NCBI GenBank assembly: GCA_013115145.1
Contig: JAAPAO010000001.1
Span: forward strand, 248,001-312,000
Direction: 5' to 3'
DNA: 64,000 bases
Origin: Perkinsus chesapeaki ATCC PRA-425
Taxonomy: Eukaryota; Protista; Perkinsozoa
This document shows positions 60,301 to 64,000 of this stretch, one piece after another. Position 1 is the first letter of the stretch; each line of letters starts with the position of its first letter. The translations under genes were made by a program, and so were the position numbers. Under the pieces are notes generated by a model, which searched no databases, was not told where the DNA came from, and was given only the letters and a program-made list of their open reading frames with translations.

Positions 60301-60713
60301 AAATAGGGATTCAATACTTGCGACTTGAAGACTTCAAGTTGAAGTCTAATGCCTCCCTCATCACCTTAGGATCGGTTGACTCCGAGCGAAACTCTTCCGA
60401 AGGGCGTTCGGAGAGCGAACACCGATTGCCACTCCCTACGCTGAAATCACCAATACCAAATTTTTCACTTTTGAGTCCCGGCAGCGAACGATCGCCTGAG
60501 GTATCCAGCCAACAATCAACCGATGACAAAGTCCTGGGTACCAGATATGGTGGATGGCGAAAGATCGCTTATTATCGTTCGTTGTATCCGTTCTTGGGCT
60601 GCACTAACCCTGCTTTGAAGCTCAATGGATTCCCAGTTCGATAGGTCGGTCACCACATCGGGTGACAGACACCCCACGGGAATCTCAGAGGGTGAGCTTC
60701 CCGATTCGGTCAT
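57400..60713 (-). CDS. Large hypothetical disordered/coiled-coil protein (multi-exon)
   Basis: 316-aa open exon 58957-59907, plus exons such as DIYSRARERCRLQEEKVVQARSLKAAEEMRE-CTFSP and SRFYERNMQWKREVDRRCEKLRLEQ. The ends are uncertain. Confidence 0.5.
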
Positions 60714-61263
60714 AAAATATATTATACAAGCAATTAATCAACTGAGAAACGCGTTTATTAACCGCATGTACATACGAAACCAAATACATCTTTGGTCCCT
60801 GCCAGGCAGTGCCCAAGCCAGCCAGGTTTAACGTGAATGAGATGACCTCATCATTAGGCGACCAACGGCTGGTAATACTCAGCCAATAGCACAGTACTAC
60901 CTGCCCCTATCCTATCACCCTGCTATCCTATTAGACTGTTATCCCTTTCATCGGAACATCCCCACCGTAAAAGCGTTCCTGTTGACAGCAAAGAACGAAC
61001 TCAAAACAGACAGAAAACGAGAAATAATCATTAACATTTTGATCCATGATCACAGTGTGAGTCGAGATACGCTGAGAGCGCATAACAAAACTCGCTCGCC
61101 CGAAATCGATCGTCCGCGACCGACAACATGTGAACCGTTGTATGCATCACTAGGATAATGTCGCAAGTTGGTCACAACGAGAAATCGGACTCGACCTGTC
61201 ATTTACAATTGCATAAACACTAAGGGAACTTAAAGTTTCAGTTCGTTTTACTAATTATCACCA

Positions 61264-61659
61264 ATGCCGTCTTATATGGTCCTCATCGTCATCGCTTTCC
61301 TCTCCGCCGTGGGAGTTGCTGGGGAGAACCCGTATCCTAGGTTCTCTCCAGCGTGGTGGTCTTGGGAGGCTGAGTGCAACCCGGATTACTCGGTCGGTAA
61401 TGAGACTTTTCCCCATGTGGAAAACAGCAATCGGCCACCTCACCTCCCTTGGAAGCCACTTCACAACCCTGGGAGGATGGCTCGGATGTTACTACTACAT
61501 GGAAACTCCGAGCCAGCGACAAAAGCGATGCCAAAATGACGTAAGTACATTGTCGATAAATATTGATTTGTATAGTCTGGAATGCTATTTGTTTTCTTCA
61601 GGTATTCAGCTCTCGGCTCATGGGGATTGCTCACGGTGATGGCGGTGAATATTCTGTGA
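61264..61659 (+). CDS. Small secreted, probably GPI-anchored surface protein, NPYPRFSPAWW family copy 2 (apparent 1-nt frameshift at 61407-61414)
   Basis: Exon 61264-61540, intron 61541-61601, exon 61602-61659. It has the same architecture as copy 1 once one base is restored. Tail: YSALGSWGLLTVMAVNIL*. Confidence 0.7.
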
Positions 61660-62304
61660 GCGACAGTGATGACCACGTAGGTGGGTGAGCCAGTAACAAC
61701 ATTCAACACACCCACGATTCATGTCCTCTCAGGTGGTCTGCAAGTGCGAGAAGTACCATTTTCTAATTCGTTGGATAAACCTGCAAAGCAGTTACTTTCA
61801 TAGTGATTTGCGTTCATAGTTCTCGGGGGTCCCTACGCAATTACACTTGGCATGAATTGCACAAGGTACTTGGCGTAGTAGTTCCGTGCTGTAGAATGGC
61901 TCTACATGGTCTACGAGACTCGATAATCGACTAGTACCGAGTTGCAACATTTGTTCGTTATTCTCATAGGCCACCCTTTATCACCCGCTCCCGCCAGGCC
62001 ATAAGGCTCCTAGTGAACACCATTGGTAGCATAGGCTTCTAGTGAATGCATGTATCCTTAGTCGGTTACCAGCCGAGTCTCCAATGTCTGGCGTATTCAT
62101 CTAACTCTTAACCACGAATCGCAGAGACATTTAGAAAAACTACCGCACGACCGTCAAGGCTGTTCACTGCATTACCTAGTTCCTATTCCCAGCCTGCCTG
62201 TAAGAGAGTTAACACAACATCTGGCCGTTCCTATGAAACCACCTAGTCATTAACGTTTTCTAATAGTCCCAAAGCACCATCAACCCTTTAACGGGATAGA
62301 ACGG

Positions 62305-64000
62305 CTACAACACGCGGTTGCGAATATCCTCCAATTTCTTCATGACCTCCTGCGGAGTCTTGTCCATATCGACAGCGATCTGGCGTTGCTTTTCGGCAGG
62401 CAGCTCATAATATCTGATCACAGCCACACGTTAGGACAGTTCAAGCGCACAGTTGGTCCTAAAACCAGCTGGACACCTAACTGTGCAGAATACCCTCTCA
62501 TTGGTATCCGTATACTTTCTAGAAATTACCCCCATCGTGCTCACACGCCCACTTACACTTCACATAGATCGGCATCGATGAAGTTTTTGACAGGATGGTA
62601 GAAGGAGCGGTACATAACGTGTTCGCGCCCTGTTAGACTCGGAGAAGCTGCAGTATTCCGCATATGCATCTCAAGTGCCTAGCATGAACAGTCCACACTA
62701 CAGAGCAAAGCCGAGTTTTCGGCGGCTACCTGCAGGAAGGTGTGCTCTCGCTTCGAAGAGAAGGGATACAGTGCCCCGATAGTTCCGAGAACCGTAGAAT
62801 ATATGATGATTTCAGCGCCACCCGCTACCATTGTCACCTGAAATAGTTACAGTAGTGGAAGCTCATAGCTATAACGATCCATTACTCTTTGAAGCGAAGT
62901 TACCGTCTCTCCAACGTGGAAGTGGCCGATCAAATCCATCTGAAGGAACAACCAATGATTTCCGCCAATGGAAGCTGGTGAATGCAGATCGACTAGGCGC
63001 AGGGTACCGAAAGGATCGATCATAAATATACACCTTACTTTAAATGTATTGCCGGATACATAGTCATTATCACGACCAGGAACCAATCTCAATGTAGATA
63101 TGCCTTCAGCCTCAACGACAGGACTGAAAGTCGGTAGACTGTGAAAACGAAGATGAAGTATACTACAACGTACCGTCCCCAAGCACCAGCGTCCTTGGCA
63201 TCTGAAGGTACTCGCAGGATGGCGAGGTTGTCAAACTTATCCCCAACAACTATGGTCTGCGGGCAAGAAGAAATAGCGCATCACTAGAGACGGTAACATC
63301 GAACTCACGTTGTAATCAAGTACAGCCGCGGCTGTGATGCACCTCGGATAGGTATCATCCGAGATAACCTACAAGACAGCAGCCAGGTCACAGTCCCATG
63401 AGTTGTAACGGCAAGACTTACCTGCATCTGATTGTCGCTGTACCTCCATCTCAAAACCATAATACTATCCCTACTATCAGCGGCAAAGATGCGATCCTTG
63501 TTCACATCGAGCCACATAATTCCACCGGACTCCGGTAAGAACTTATACTCACATTTTTTCAGCAGCCGCTTTTTGCCCAATTCGTAGATCCTGAACCCAC
63601 ACGCAAATCCATGCGCAATGTCTATGGTAGAGTCCTTACCGTAGAACGGGTGCCACCGTTGGAGACCCGCGCAGGGCAACCAGTAACCGTCCTTCGAAGG
63701 GATACATTGCAGAAGGGACGCCTAAGCAGAGGCGTGCATAGCTGCAGTCGAGAAGCGAGCCTCGTGGACTTACCTTCTAGCGGAGTTACGTGAATGAGCT
63801 GTAGGTTGTAGCTCTCATCGTAAAGATACGTCTTGATGTAGCACTTGCCATGGGCCGATCTCGAGGGATTATGTGGATCGACACCAGTAGCAGTACCAAC
63901 TACGAGACACGGGCGGTTATCCTGACATTCGCAATGTCGCCATATAATAAGCCTAGGGAATCACCTTGAGCTGGTAGAAATAACAGACAGTCATAGCAGT
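62305..64000 (-). CDS. SF3B3: Splicing factor 3B subunit 3 (SAP130/Rse1), 3' portion; continues beyond the window
   Basis: RIYELGKKRLLKKCE, DRIFAADSRDS, DDTYPRCITAAAVLDYNTIVVGDKFDN, GHFHVGETVTSLQR, C-terminal DKTPQEVMKKLEDIRNRVL*. Confidence 0.93.

Noticed and set aside
851-63793. Most short (60-130 aa) ORFs in the supplied track
   Set aside because: They are antisense or off-frame shadows of identified exons, or run-throughs of introns, with no independent motif support.

Overview
Eukaryotic, intron-rich genomic DNA with short GT-AG introns and compact spacers. Gene content and style suggest an alveolate, most likely Perkinsus; this is inference only. Recognisable genes are two tandem intronless 5'-nucleotidase-family genes, PIG-Q/Gpi1, a mitochondrial-carrier-like gene, an anoctamin, an EF-hand protein, a type III PI 4-kinase, an S28 serine peptidase, tRNA-Thr(AGT) and the 3' part of SF3B3. 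A ~4 kb block (PHD/ePHD gene plus creatine-kinase-type phosphagen kinase) is present twice. The most striking non-gene signal is six perfect 22-bp strings of identical geometry, a-X6-b'-X6'-a'-X6-b. This is the product expected from hairpin-mediated excision of a hAT-type transposon with an 8-bp target duplication, and five of the six lie in 55.4-57.2 kb. The same region holds two paralogous small secreted, probably GPI-anchored proteins sharing an NPYPRFSPAWWxWExEC-x13-C module that I do not recognise. Exon boundaries of multi-exon genes were read by eye and are approximate unless stated. Several stretches (about 6.2-7.1, 7.9-10.2, 10.7-11.5, 31-33.3, 44.3-46.1 and 49.1-50.5 kb) look partly coding, but I could not assign them.
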